Origin: an uncultured Gammaproteobacteria bacterium
GTDB lineage: Bacteria > Pseudomonadota > Gammaproteobacteria > GCA-001735895
Direction: 5' to 3'
NCBI GenBank assembly: GCA_964488685.1
Contig: CAZAVY010000003.1
Coordinates: 1,106 to 65,105, forward strand
Length of the DNA: 64,000 nt
A program made the position numbers and the translations under genes. This document shows positions 7,360 to 17,390 of the stretch, in pieces; within the stretch, counting starts at the first letter, position 1; each line of letters opens with the position of its first letter. The notes beneath the pieces were generated by a model. That model was given only the letters and a program-made list of their open reading frames with translations. It was not told where the DNA came from and made no database searches.

Positions 7360-9085
7360 CGAAAATCTCCCTGGGATCTGTATGCTTTAGTTTAAGCACT
7401 ACTTTAAAGATTGAGCCCTCGCCGGGCACGCTTGTGGCAATCACGCTTCCACCATGGCGTTCGGCTATTTTACGAACCACCGCCAGCCCGACACCGGTTC
7501 CGTCGTAGTCGTTGCGACCATGCAGGCGTTGAAAAATCTCGAATATACGTTCGGCGTAATCCTGGTCGAAACCAATGCCATTGTCCTCTATCGAAATGAC
7601 ACAACAGTCGCCGTCATTTTCGGAGGATGGAATGATTTCACTAGTAATACTGACCCTGGATTCTCGATTTTTGTCCCGGTATTTAATCGCATTCCCGACC
7701 AAATTCTGAAACAGTTGGCGCATTTGCAATGAATGAGCTTCTAACAAGGGCAGATCTTGATAACTGACCAGGCTGTTGGATTCATCGATCAGAATCTCCA
7801 GGTCACCGAGTACGCCGTCAAGCACCTCATTGAGATCTACCAGCTCGTAGTTCCCCGATTGGGTGTCAATGCGGGAGAAACTAAGCAGATCATTGATTAG
7901 AACACTCATTCGATTGGCCGCGAGACGCATTCGTTTGAGATAATCGCTTCCTTTATCCCCGAGCACATCGGCATACTTGCTCTCAAGCCGGTCCCCAAAG
8001 GACTGAATTTTCCGCAACGGCTCCTGCAGGTCGTGCGAGGCGATATAGGCAAATTTCTCCAGTTCTTCATTGGAACGCATCAACTCTTTTTCTCTCAGTA
8101 ATAGTTTGCGCTCTATCTGTTTCCTGCTCCGAATCTCTTCTTTAGCACTTACGATGGCCTTGCGTAATGCATTCCCAACATACTCTTCCTTCTTGAAAAC
8201 CACATACATACTGGCCAGTAAACCGATCAATACACAAATATAACTGACTTTTTTTAGGCTATGGGCCATATCAAATTCGTAATCGAATAACACACCGGAG
8301 TGCGACATAAATACAACCTGGCTGACCAGGCCAATAATCAGGGAAAGAACTATCCAATGCTCGAAGTGATCGGTCTTCCATTCGCCCTTGCGGAAATAAC
8401 CGACCAACGCTACCAGGAAAAAAATTCCGGGAACGAACTCTTCAGGGCGATGAAAGAATAATTCCGGGTAATAAGCACGGGGGAGCGAAAAGAAAACAAA
8501 AAAACAGAAACAAAACAATGTAAAGGCGGCGGTTCCAAGATAAACCGTCCTTTCCGAATTCTGGCCCGAAACTCCTATTTTCGATTCCCGCACCCAGATT
8601 GCCCAGCTCAACACCATCATTACCGATAAAAACAATCGGGATGCTACCCAGCTCCAGGGGATCAAATGAGGCAATTCCGACGGCATCATCGGCTTGAAGT
8701 AAGCCGATGTAACAATTGCATGAAATCCATCCAGCGTCGCCGTACCTAAAAATCCAACACCAATCAACAATATTATACTGTTCTTGCGACTGTAATAGCG
8801 TACCAGTGCCATCACCCCCACGAGGGCGGCCAGCATCGTGGCCATGGTTTCCATAATGGTATGCAATGTCGCACTACCGCGCCAGTTGGCGACCTCCTCG
8901 ACGCTATGCCCGTAAAACAGAAGGAGCGTAAACGCGAGCCCGACAACACAATAAACAACCGCTCGTGGATGCAGCCTGGCGACCGAAACCGGTGTATTAC
9001 TGCCGGGAATGGATTGTGGTATTGCTGAATCAGAAACTGAACTTGACACTATATTCTCCAGCCGGCAATGAATATCAAATCTCAA
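7352..9085 (-). CDS. sensor histidine kinase with a large polytopic N-terminal membrane domain
   Basis: 577 aa with a TTG start. About 300 aa of hydrophobic helices are followed by a coiled coil, the H-box ASHDLQEPLRKI and an HATPase region (NLVGNAIKY, DNGIGF, GTGVGLAVV). Confidence 0.85.
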   Translation of the reverse strand: MRFDIHCRLENIVSSSVSDSAIPQSIPGSNTPVSVARLHPRAVVYCVVGLAFTLLLFYGHSVEEVANWRGSATLHTIMETMATMLAALVGVMALVRYYSRKNSIILLIGVGFLGTATLDGFHAIVTSAYFKPMMPSELPHLIPWSWVASRLFLSVMMVLSWAIWVRESKIGVSGQNSERTVYLGTAAFTLFCFCFFVFFSLPRAYYPELFFHRPEEFVPGIFFLVALVGYFRKGEWKTDHFEHWIVLSLIIGLVSQVVFMSHSGVLFDYEFDMAHSLKKVSYICVLIGLLASMYVVFKKEEYVGNALRKAIVSAKEEIRSRKQIERKLLLREKELMRSNEELEKFAYIASHDLQEPLRKIQSFGDRLESKYADVLGDKGSDYLKRMRLAANRMSVLINDLLSFSRIDTQSGNYELVDLNEVLDGVLGDLEILIDESNSLVSYQDLPLLEAHSLQMRQLFQNLVGNAIKYRDKNRESRVSITSEIIPSSENDGDCCVISIEDNGIGFDQDYAERIFEIFQRLHGRNDYDGTGVGLAVVRKIAERHGGSVIATSVPGEGSIFKVVLKLKHTDPREIFDD

Positions 9086-9402
9086 CCAAAATGTTGAAAT
9101 GGTTATGCATCAATAGACTAGAGGCCGGTTAATCCATAACTGGATTTGCTATCCTTCAATCCTGTCCAACACCAGGCAGTATCAGCATAGGTAATTAGTC
9201 GGCGACTAGATTAAAAACTTTAGTCCTGATTTTACCGTGGAAATATCATAAATCTGCACAGCATGCCACGCTCCAACCGAAGCGCCGGTAAACAATATTT
9301 TCAATCGACCACAGCCAATAAATTTGACGCTGGATTTGAGCTGTGCACATCCTTATACTCGCGCCTGTTTGCAAGCTAATACCACTAACAGAGGCTCGCC
9401 TG

Positions 9403-9699
9403 ATGGCTAAACTCACAACTGTATACTGGCGCGATATCCCGGCGCAGGTCATTGCCCGGGAACGACGCGACACCGCCAAACTCGTGCTCAGCGAACGCTT
9501 TGCCGAGGCCATCGACAAGGCTGCGATGCGGGCCCAAATGGCGGCCACCGACGCCTACCTGGAACAATGGCGACGCGAAGTGGCCAACTGTGGCAAAGAT
9601 TTGCAGGCAGCGGTGGTTGAAGCTGCTGAAAAACTCGAGCAAGACTTTGACGACGCACGCCTCGAAACGCTGATCAGCAATGGCGGTAACACCACCTGA
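9403..9699 (+). CDS. small conserved protein, 'virulence factor' domain family-like
   Basis: Internal Met of ORF 9343..9699. MAKLTTVYWRDIPAQVIARERRDTAKLVLSERFAEAIDKAAM resembles the family as I remember it. Function unknown. Confidence 0.45.
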   Translation: MAKLTTVYWRDIPAQVIARERRDTAKLVLSERFAEAIDKAAMRAQMAATDAYLEQWRREVANCGKDLQAAVVEAAEKLEQDFDDARLETLISNGGNTT

Positions 9700-9920
9700 T
9701 TCAGTATTTATCGCAAGGTTGTACGAGGAACGCATTTTTGCCCGTCAAAAATGTTTTCCTCGCACCCTGTTTAAAGAACATCGCAGCAGGATGACGGGAT
9801 CTACTCTTGAGGTTTGATCAGACCCGGGCCTTCGTTGCGGGAATTGCTGACGGTGCTGTTAACCGCATAGGTTTGGTACTCCGGTGCGGTATCGCGCAAC
9901 AAGCGATCGGCTTCTTCGGT

Positions 9921-10448
9921 TTAATCAGAACTGCAATCGAGCCACGCCTCGTAGTCCGATGGCGCGATGTACACCGGCATGCGGTGATGCAGCGCCCGAA
10001 TCTCGCCCCGGGCCCCGGTCGTCAGTACCGCGCAGGACTGAATTTCATTACCCTCGGCATCCTGCCAGTGTTCCCAGATTGCCGCCATCGAAAACAACTG
10101 CTTGTCGATGTGACAACAATAGGGTTGTTTGCGTCCATCTTCGAGGCGCCATTCGTAAAACCCGTTCGCCGGCAGCAGGCAGCGCCGACGTTTGTAAGCG
10201 TTGCGAAACGAGGGTTTTTCGGCAACGGTTTCGGCGCGCGCGTTAAACATGCGGTTGCCGAAGGTGACGTCCTTTGCCCAGGACGGTACTAAACCCCAGC
10301 GATATAAATGAATTTTTTCATCGCAATGCGCCAACACCGGAGTGGTCGGGGCAATGTTGTAACGCGGCGCGAACATGTCGGGTGGTGGTGCGTTGTAATG
10401 CTCGACGATATCGCCCGCCCGGGCATCGAGGAAAAACCGCCCACACAT
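9921..10448 (-). CDS. SOS response-associated peptidase (SRAP/YedK family)
   Basis: ORF 9921..10520. Starting at the internal Met gives MCGRF, placing the catalytic Cys at position 2 as is diagnostic for SRAP. The conserved RYNIAPT and WGLVPSW motifs are present. Confidence 0.85.
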   Translation of the reverse strand: MCGRFFLDARAGDIVEHYNAPPPDMFAPRYNIAPTTPVLAHCDEKIHLYRWGLVPSWAKDVTFGNRMFNARAETVAEKPSFRNAYKRRRCLLPANGFYEWRLEDGRKQPYCCHIDKQLFSMAAIWEHWQDAEGNEIQSCAVLTTGARGEIRALHHRMPVYIAPSDYEAWLDCSSD

Positions 10449-10520
10449 GTCACCCTCCAAATCGACTTTAAAATTGACGAGAAAACCGCATAATAGCGCA
10501 GATTCAATCACCCGATACAA

Positions 10521-12386
10521 ATGCCACTACTACAGGTTAAAAATCTCCACCATAGCTACGGTGACGAAACGCTGCTCGATAATGTCAGCCTGACCCTGGA
10601 AGCGGATGAGAGGCTATGCCTGGTGGGACGCAACGGCAGCGGCAAATCCACCTTGTTAAAAATTCTCGCAGGCGATATCAAGGTCGATAGCGGTGAAATT
10701 ATTCATGCTTCGGAGCTGCGCATCTCCGAGCTCGAACAAGAGGTTCCTGCGAACTTCGCGGGTAGCGTTTACGATTGTATTGCCCAGGGAATCGGCAGGC
10801 TCGCCGGAGTCATCACCCATTGGCACGACGCGGCGCTGGAATCGATCACTAACCCTGATGCACTTGATCGCATGCAAGGTTTTCAAGATCAGATAGAGGC
10901 GCACAACGCCTGGAACCTCGAAACCCGGATTTCGAGCACCATCTCGCGTCTCTGCCTGTCCCCCGATCAGGCTTTTGATGAGCTTTCCGGTGGTATGAAA
11001 CGCCGTACTTTGCTCGGCCGGGCACTGGTTGGCGAACCCGACTTACTGTTGCTCGACGAACCCACCAATCATCTCGATATCGATTCAATCCGGTGGCTCG
11101 AAAACCTGTTACTGGGATTCAAGGGTAGTCTCGTATTCATAACCCATGACCGCGATTTTCTGCAACGTCTTGCCACTCGTATAATCGACCTCGACCGGGG
11201 CCAGTTGACAAGTTGGCCGGGTGACTACCGTAAATACCTCGAATCACGTGCCGCTCAACTGGAGACCGAATCCCGGCACAACGCCTTGTTTGACAAGAAG
11301 CTGGCACAGGAAGAAACCTGGATCAGGCAGGGTATCAAGGCGCGGCGCACCCGCAACGAGGGTCGGGTGCGGGCCTTGCAGAAGATGCGCGAGCAGCGCG
11401 CCCAACGCCGCGAGCGTAGCGCTACCGCCAGAATAACGGCATTACAGGCAACCGCTTCGGGCAAGATCGTAATCGAAGCCGAAAATCTCAAATTTGCCTG
11501 GGAAGGCCGGCAGGTCATCGATGATTTCAGTTGCAGGATCATACGCGGCGAAAAAATAGGCATACTCGGTGCCAACGGCTGTGGCAAGTCGACGCTGATT
11601 CAATTATTGCTCGGTGAACTAACCCCGCAAGCGGGATCGGTCAAAACCGGAACCCGGCTCGAAGTCGCTTATTTCGATCAGCACCGCGAAACCCTGGATC
11701 CGCAAAAGTCGGTACGCGACAATCTCGCGACGTCCGCCGATCAGGTTACGATCAATGGTCGCTGCCGTCACGTTGTGGGCTATCTTAAAGATTTTCTGTT
11801 CAGCGAAAAATCGATCCATATGCCGGTCAAGGCATTGTCCGGTGGTGAGCGCAATCGCCTATTACTGGCGCGCCTGTTTACGCGTTCGTTCAATTTACTG
11901 GTGATGGACGAACCCACCAACGACCTCGATATCGAAACCCTGGAGTTGCTCGAAGAGTTGCTGGTCGAATTCAGCGGCACGCTGCTACTGGTCAGTCACG
12001 ATCGCGAGTTCATCGACAATACCGTTACCAGTACCCTGGTATTCGAAGCGCCCGGCGTAGTCAACGAGTACGTTGGTGGTTACCGGGACTGGCTGCGACA
12101 GGCAACCCCTTCCAGTCCGGCGCTTGATAAATCGACGCTGAAAGCAAAAACAATACGCGTTACGGACAAACCCGGCTCGAACCATAAAGAACTGAGCGAC
12201 CTGCCCGGCAAGATCGAGCAACTGGAAATCAAAATCGAAACCTTGCAGCTGAATACCGGTTCCCCGGATTTTTACCAGCAAGATGCCGGGGTGACACGCG
12301 CACAGCAGCAGGAGTTGCAACGATTCGAGGCCGAGTTGAAGGATTTATATCAACGTTGGGAAGACCTCGAAAATCACGATGGATAA
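10521..12386 (+). CDS. uup: ABC-F family ATPase Uup
   Basis: 621 aa. Two ABC cassettes (GRNGSGKST/LSGGMKRR/LLLLDEPTNHLD and GANGCGKST/LSGGERNR/LLVMDEPTNDLD), no TM segments and a C-terminal coiled coil. Confidence 0.9.
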   Translation: MPLLQVKNLHHSYGDETLLDNVSLTLEADERLCLVGRNGSGKSTLLKILAGDIKVDSGEIIHASELRISELEQEVPANFAGSVYDCIAQGIGRLAGVITHWHDAALESITNPDALDRMQGFQDQIEAHNAWNLETRISSTISRLCLSPDQAFDELSGGMKRRTLLGRALVGEPDLLLLDEPTNHLDIDSIRWLENLLLGFKGSLVFITHDRDFLQRLATRIIDLDRGQLTSWPGDYRKYLESRAAQLETESRHNALFDKKLAQEETWIRQGIKARRTRNEGRVRALQKMREQRAQRRERSATARITALQATASGKIVIEAENLKFAWEGRQVIDDFSCRIIRGEKIGILGANGCGKSTLIQLLLGELTPQAGSVKTGTRLEVAYFDQHRETLDPQKSVRDNLATSADQVTINGRCRHVVGYLKDFLFSEKSIHMPVKALSGGERNRLLLARLFTRSFNLLVMDEPTNDLDIETLELLEELLVEFSGTLLLVSHDREFIDNTVTSTLVFEAPGVVNEYVGGYRDWLRQATPSSPALDKSTLKAKTIRVTDKPGSNHKELSDLPGKIEQLEIKIETLQLNTGSPDFYQQDAGVTRAQQQELQRFEAELKDLYQRWEDLENHDG

Positions 12387-12446
12387 TGTCTTTCCAGACC
12401 TGGACCAGTCCCAGAATTGGGTGCAGAATTGTACCGATAGTGGATT

Positions 12447-14000
12447 TTGATCAGACATTATTACTTGCTGTCGGTTGTAGTGCTGCTGACCGGTTGTGCC
12501 GGTTTGGCTCCCGTTGCCGATCGGCCGGAGTCATTCGCGTTTCAGGATACCGTGACCACACAAATAGGCAGAACAGTGCAAAGTAAGTTGGCCCGGCACC
12601 CTGGGCTGTCCGGTTTCTATCTGCTTACCGATGGCCACGATGCTTTCGCCGCCAGATGGATCCTGGCGTCCCACGCTGAACGCAGCATCGACGCGCAATA
12701 CTACCTGTTGCACGACGACCGGCTGGGTCATTTGTTTATCGATATGTTGCTGCAAGCTGCCGATCGCGGAGTACGGGTTCGCCTGTTGGTGGATGATATG
12801 TCGCTTAACGGGAAAAAAGATATCGACGCGGCTGCGCTCGACACCCATCCGGGGGTCGAAATCCGTGTGTTTAATCCCTTTCATCGTGGCGTCGGCCGCT
12901 GGATTCAGTTTTTATCCCGCTATGGCGAAGTAACGCGGCGCATGCATAACAAGTCGTTCACCATCGACAATCAAATAACGGTTATCGGTGGACGCAATAT
13001 TGGTAACGAGTATTTCGAGGCTGACCCCGACCTGATTTTTACAGACCTCGATGTGCTCGCCATCGGTCCCGTTGTGGACCAGGTTTCAGCAACATTCGAC
13101 CTCTACTGGAACGCTCCGCTCAGTTACCCGATAAGGTCTCTGGTAAAAAAGAAATCAGGGCTGGAACAATTGGCAAAGACACGGCAGGCACTAGCAAAAA
13201 TTCTGGCACAACATAAGAATATCGAATATCTAAAAACCCTGGGGCAAGGCAACCTGGCCGTCGCCATCTCTAATCGCAGTATTAAATATGACTGGGGCAA
13301 GGCAAAGGTGGTTTTCGATGACCCTGCCAAAATCACCGCTGATCGGAAACGGGTCGACCTCAATCTCAGCACCCAGCTAAAACCCTACACCGATTCGATT
13401 GCAAAGGAACTGACCATTTTTTCACCCTATTTTGTGCCGGGTAAGAAAGGCTTGGAAAATCTGCGAGGTTTGCGTCACCGCGGTGTGCGGATTCGTGTAT
13501 TGACAAATTCACTGGCCTCCACCGATGTTCCCCTGGTCCATGCCGGTTACGCCCGCTATCGCAAAGACCTGCTTCGGGCCGGTATCGAACTGTACGAAAT
13601 CGATAAAAAGCTGACACGCTGGCAGCGACGCCAGAAAAAGGGTCTCAGCGGTTCTTCCAAATCGAGTTTGCACGCCAAGTCTTTTGTCATCGATCGCGAG
13701 CGTGTGTTCATCGGCTCGATGAATATGGACCCGCGCTCAATCGTCGAAAATACCGAGCTCGGCATGATGATCGAATCTCCGGAAATTGCGATCAGGTTGA
13801 ATCAATGGTTTGATACCTATGTCGCAGACTCGGCCTTCCGCCTCGCCCTCGGCACCAATGACAAGGGCCATGAAATAGTGGTTTGGCGGCGCGAACTGGA
13901 AGGCGCTGCCAGGATTTACACGACCGAACCCAACACCGGATTCTGGCGCCGTCTTTGGGTTGGATTCATGAGATTATTCGTGATTGAGTCACAGTTGTAA
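12447..14000 (+). CDS. phospholipase D family protein (two HKD motifs), predicted lipoprotein
   Basis: 517 aa with a TTG start. Lipobox LLTGC and HKD motifs HNKSFTIDN and HAKSFVIDRERVFIGSMNMDPRS. Confidence 0.85.
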   Translation: MIRHYYLLSVVVLLTGCAGLAPVADRPESFAFQDTVTTQIGRTVQSKLARHPGLSGFYLLTDGHDAFAARWILASHAERSIDAQYYLLHDDRLGHLFIDMLLQAADRGVRVRLLVDDMSLNGKKDIDAAALDTHPGVEIRVFNPFHRGVGRWIQFLSRYGEVTRRMHNKSFTIDNQITVIGGRNIGNEYFEADPDLIFTDLDVLAIGPVVDQVSATFDLYWNAPLSYPIRSLVKKKSGLEQLAKTRQALAKILAQHKNIEYLKTLGQGNLAVAISNRSIKYDWGKAKVVFDDPAKITADRKRVDLNLSTQLKPYTDSIAKELTIFSPYFVPGKKGLENLRGLRHRGVRIRVLTNSLASTDVPLVHAGYARYRKDLLRAGIELYEIDKKLTRWQRRQKKGLSGSSKSSLHAKSFVIDRERVFIGSMNMDPRSIVENTELGMMIESPEIAIRLNQWFDTYVADSAFRLALGTNDKGHEIVVWRRELEGAARIYTTEPNTGFWRRLWVGFMRLFVIESQL

Positions 14001-14097
14001 GCCTTGTAGTCGGAACTCACCCGGGAAACTACCTACGGGGCGGAAATGCGCGCCAGGGTCAAACTAAACGCTACTTTCGCGGCCCGAAATGTTATGA

Positions 14098-15414
14098 TTG
14101 CGCCAATCTACAGGATCTAGCAACCGAGTGAACAATACCGAGGCAAACTCAGACAAATTAATCGTAATCCCCCGAAACCAGCACAACATTTCCAGGAAAT
14201 CGATATCCGATTCCGCACTCAAGGTAATGTATAGACTGTCCAAATCAGGCCATCGCGCTTGTCTGGTAGGTGGGGGTGTACGTGATTTGCTGCTCAAAAT
14301 TCAACCCAAGGATTTCGACATCGCCACCGATGCCACTCCCGAAGAGGTGCGCGGTCTGTTTAAAAACAGCCGGATCATCGGACGTCGATTTCGCCTGGTA
14401 CACATTCGTTTCGGGCGTGACATCATCGAAGTCGCCACCTTTCGCGCGCATGCCGAAGATTCCACGAAAACCGAACTCGATACGCATGGACGCATTTTGC
14501 GAGACAACACTTTCGGCGAAATCGAGGAAGACGCCCTGCGCCGTGACTTCACCATTAACGCTCTTTATTACGATATCCATGATTACTCGGTGTTCGATTA
14601 TGTCGGTGGTCTGAAGGATATCGAAAACAATAAACTGCGCCTGATCGGTAATGCGGCAATACGCTACCAGGAGGACCCGGTACGGATGCTGCGCGCGGTG
14701 CGCTTTGCCGCCAAGCTCGATTTTGAAATCGAGTCATCCGCTGCCGGCGCAATCTTCGAATACGGTCACTTGCTTGCGGTCATCCCACCGGCGCGGATGT
14801 TCGATGAAGTCATAAAACTGTTCCACTCGGGTCGTGCGGTACGGGTGCTCGAGCTGTTGCGCGAATTCAATCTATTGAAATACCTGGTACCGGCCCTGGA
14901 CGAATGGTTGCAGGGGGAACCCTGCGAAATGATGCTCGATTTTATTGACCAGTCGCTGGTCAACACCGATACCCGGGTCAACACCGACCAACCGGTGTCA
15001 CCGGCTTTCATATTTGCAGTGCTACTCTGGCCGGTGGTGCAGCTACAGGCAAACCGGTTACAGCCGGATCGTCGGAAGATGATTCCGGCACTGGTCCAGG
15101 TCGGCGAAACCGTGATGAAGCGCCAGGTACGCCATATTTCGATCCCGCGGCGCTTCAGTCAAACGGCCCGGGAAATCTGGAGCTCACAACCCCGTTTTTT
15201 TCGCACCCAGGGCAAACAGCCGCAACGCATGATGGCTTACCCGGTGTTCCGGGCCGCCTATGATTTCATGTGCATTCAGGCGATGGTTGGCCTGGTACCA
15301 CACCAACTGAGTCACTGGTGGACTGATTTCCAGCTTAAACAGGAAGTCGTTCCCAACCCGGAAGGTAAAAAAACGCAACGCTCACGACGGCGGCCGAGAC
15401 GCAATGCCAACTGA
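14098..15414 (+). CDS. pcnB: poly(A) polymerase I
   Basis: 438 aa. Motifs VIPRNQHNISRKSIS, LVGGGVRDLLL, PKDFDIAT and an Arg-rich C-terminus, with synteny to folK. The start is non-ATG (TTG at 14098, or GTG at 14128) and is uncertain. Confidence 0.9.
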   Translation: MRQSTGSSNRVNNTEANSDKLIVIPRNQHNISRKSISDSALKVMYRLSKSGHRACLVGGGVRDLLLKIQPKDFDIATDATPEEVRGLFKNSRIIGRRFRLVHIRFGRDIIEVATFRAHAEDSTKTELDTHGRILRDNTFGEIEEDALRRDFTINALYYDIHDYSVFDYVGGLKDIENNKLRLIGNAAIRYQEDPVRMLRAVRFAAKLDFEIESSAAGAIFEYGHLLAVIPPARMFDEVIKLFHSGRAVRVLELLREFNLLKYLVPALDEWLQGEPCEMMLDFIDQSLVNTDTRVNTDQPVSPAFIFAVLLWPVVQLQANRLQPDRRKMIPALVQVGETVMKRQVRHISIPRRFSQTAREIWSSQPRFFRTQGKQPQRMMAYPVFRAAYDFMCIQAMVGLVPHQLSHWWTDFQLKQEVVPNPEGKKTQRSRRRPRRNAN

Positions 15415-15907
15415 AGAAGTTTTCATCGCACTCGGCAGCAATATCGGTGATTCAGCAACCATTGTCGAAGCAGCCATCACCGCGCTCGGAAAAATTTCAC
15501 GATGCAAGCTGCGGGGGCGCTCATCACTGTACCGCTGCGCCGCAATCGGCGATATCCCGCAAGATGACTATATCAATGCCGTCGCCAGGGTTGATACCAG
15601 TCTGGAACCATTGGCATTGTTACTCGAGTTGCAGGCCATCGAACACGCCTTTTACCGTCGGCGCGACCCGCAACAGCGCTGGGCGCCACGCACGCTGGAT
15701 CTCGATATCATTCTGTTCGGTAATCGCAATATCAGCGACAGCCACCTGACGGTACCGCATGCCGAGTTTGCCAATCGTCGCTTTGTGCTCGAACCCATGT
15801 TTGAAATTGATGGCGATCGTTTCGTTACCGGACATGGCAGCCTGCGCTACCTGATAGACCAGGCCCCCGCAATTTCGATGCAAAAACTGACCGCGATTAA
15901 TGACTGA
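15404..15907 (+). CDS. folK: 2-amino-4-hydroxy-6-hydroxymethyldihydropteridine diphosphokinase
   Basis: 167 aa. Motifs FIALGSNIGD, RWAPRTLDLDIILFG, HLTVPH and RRFVLEP, with pcnB-folK synteny. Confidence 0.9.
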   Translation: MPTEEVFIALGSNIGDSATIVEAAITALGKISRCKLRGRSSLYRCAAIGDIPQDDYINAVARVDTSLEPLALLLELQAIEHAFYRRRDPQQRWAPRTLDLDIILFGNRNISDSHLTVPHAEFANRRFVLEPMFEIDGDRFVTGHGSLRYLIDQAPAISMQKLTAIND

Positions 15908-16547
15908 GCATTTTCGCTACATCGTCGTCGAGGGCCCGATCGGGGTCGGTAAGACCAGCCTCGCCAATCGGCTCGCCTACGAATTTAATAGCGAGTTGTT
16001 GCTGGAGAAGGCTGAAGACAACCCGTTTCTCGCGAGCTTCTATAAAAACCCGAGACAATACGCGCTGTCGGCTCAACTCCATTTCCTGCTGCAACGCGCT
16101 CAACAGGTGCAGGAATTTCGTCAAACTGATATGTTTCACGGCTCCTACGTTGCCGATTTCATGGTAGACAAGGATCGTCTGTTTGCCCAGTTGACGCTGA
16201 ATAGCGATGAACTGGCACTTTACCAGCAGATCTATACGCATTTGACCCTGGACGCACCGAGGCCCGATCTGGTGATCTACCTACAGGCCCCGGTTGAAAC
16301 ACTACGCAACCGAATCACACGCAGGGGCATCGACTATGAACAGCAAATCAGGGCCGAATACCTGTCGCGTTTATCTGAATCCTATACCCGTTTTTTTTAC
16401 GACTATGACGATAGCGCATTGCTGACCGTCAACACCCAGTCGGTCGACCTGATCAGCAATGCCGATGATTTCGGCGCTATCCTCGAGAAAATCAATAATA
16501 TCCATTCTGGACGTCATTATTTCAATCAGTCATCATTCGCGCTCTAA
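15900..16547 (+). CDS. deoxynucleoside kinase family protein
   Basis: 215 aa. P-loop YIVVEGPIGVGKTSLANRLA, with dNK-like ERS/DRLFA and RITRRGIDYE (LID) regions. Confidence 0.75.
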   Translation: MTEHFRYIVVEGPIGVGKTSLANRLAYEFNSELLLEKAEDNPFLASFYKNPRQYALSAQLHFLLQRAQQVQEFRQTDMFHGSYVADFMVDKDRLFAQLTLNSDELALYQQIYTHLTLDAPRPDLVIYLQAPVETLRNRITRRGIDYEQQIRAEYLSRLSESYTRFFYDYDDSALLTVNTQSVDLISNADDFGAILEKINNIHSGRHYFNQSSFAL

Positions 16548-16561
16548 CTGGATGACATTGC

Positions 16562-17380
16562 ATGTATATTCCGAAACCGCTTGACGACAGGGTCACTATT
16601 CCATACCTGAAAAAACTTAAGCAGCAGCAGGAAAAGTTCGCCTGCCTGACCGCTTACGATTACAGTTTTGCACGCCTGGTAGAGGAATGCGGCGTCGATG
16701 TAGTGCTGGTTGGAGATTCGCTCGGCATGGTTATCCAGGGACACGACACCACGATTCCGGTCACCCTGGAGGACATTGCCTACCACGGCAGGGCGGTTGC
16801 TGCCGGACTCGAAAACGCGATGTTGATGCTGGATATGCCCTTTGGCTCGCTCAATTCACCGCAACAGGCTCTCGACAATGCCAGCGAGTTGCTAAAATCG
16901 ACCCGGGCCCAGGTGGTCAAGCTGGAAGGGGGTGAAACCCAGCTCAAGACCGTCGAGACGCTGGCCCGCTTTGGCATCGCCAGTTGCGCCCACCTGGGTC
17001 TGCAACCACAGATGGTAAACAAAATGGGGGGTTACCGGGTTCAGGGCAAGGCCAGGGGCGCGGCCAAACAAATGATTGCCACCGCAGTTGACCTGGAACA
17101 GGCCGGCAGCGACCTGCTGCTGCTGGAATGCGTGCCGGCAAACCTCGCCGCCGAGATTAGTGCGACACTCGAGATTCCGGTTATCGGTATCGGCGCCGGT
17201 GCCGATGTCGATGGGCAAATACTGGTGCTGCACGACATTCTCAATGTCACCGTTGGCAGGAAACCGAAATTTTCCAAGAATTTCATGCAGGGCCAACCGA
17301 ATATCCAGGGCGCGATCAGTCGCTATGTCCACGAAGTCAAACGCGGGCAGTTCCCCGACAATACGCACGCTTTTTCCTGA
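16562..17380 (+). CDS. panB: 3-methyl-2-oxobutanoate hydroxymethyltransferase
   Basis: 272 aa. Motifs LTAYDYSFA, VGDSLGMV and KLEGG, with panB-panC synteny. Confidence 0.95.
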   Translation: MYIPKPLDDRVTIPYLKKLKQQQEKFACLTAYDYSFARLVEECGVDVVLVGDSLGMVIQGHDTTIPVTLEDIAYHGRAVAAGLENAMLMLDMPFGSLNSPQQALDNASELLKSTRAQVVKLEGGETQLKTVETLARFGIASCAHLGLQPQMVNKMGGYRVQGKARGAAKQMIATAVDLEQAGSDLLLLECVPANLAAEISATLEIPVIGIGAGADVDGQILVLHDILNVTVGRKPKFSKNFMQGQPNIQGAISRYVHEVKRGQFPDNTHAFS

Positions 17381-17390
17381 GGCTTAAGCC

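Noticed and set aside
9131-9146. Inverted repeat AATCCA-taac-TGGATT upstream of the histidine kinase gene, as a possible regulator binding site
   Set aside because: It is a single short 6-bp-arm repeat in an A+T-rich intergenic region, with no second copy and no adjacent regulator that would link to it. It could easily occur by chance.
9807-10292. 161-aa and 120-aa plus-strand ORFs overlapping the SRAP gene
   Set aside because: The minus strand encodes a complete SRAP protein with the diagnostic MCGRF start. The plus-strand ORFs are Arg/Pro-rich shadows.
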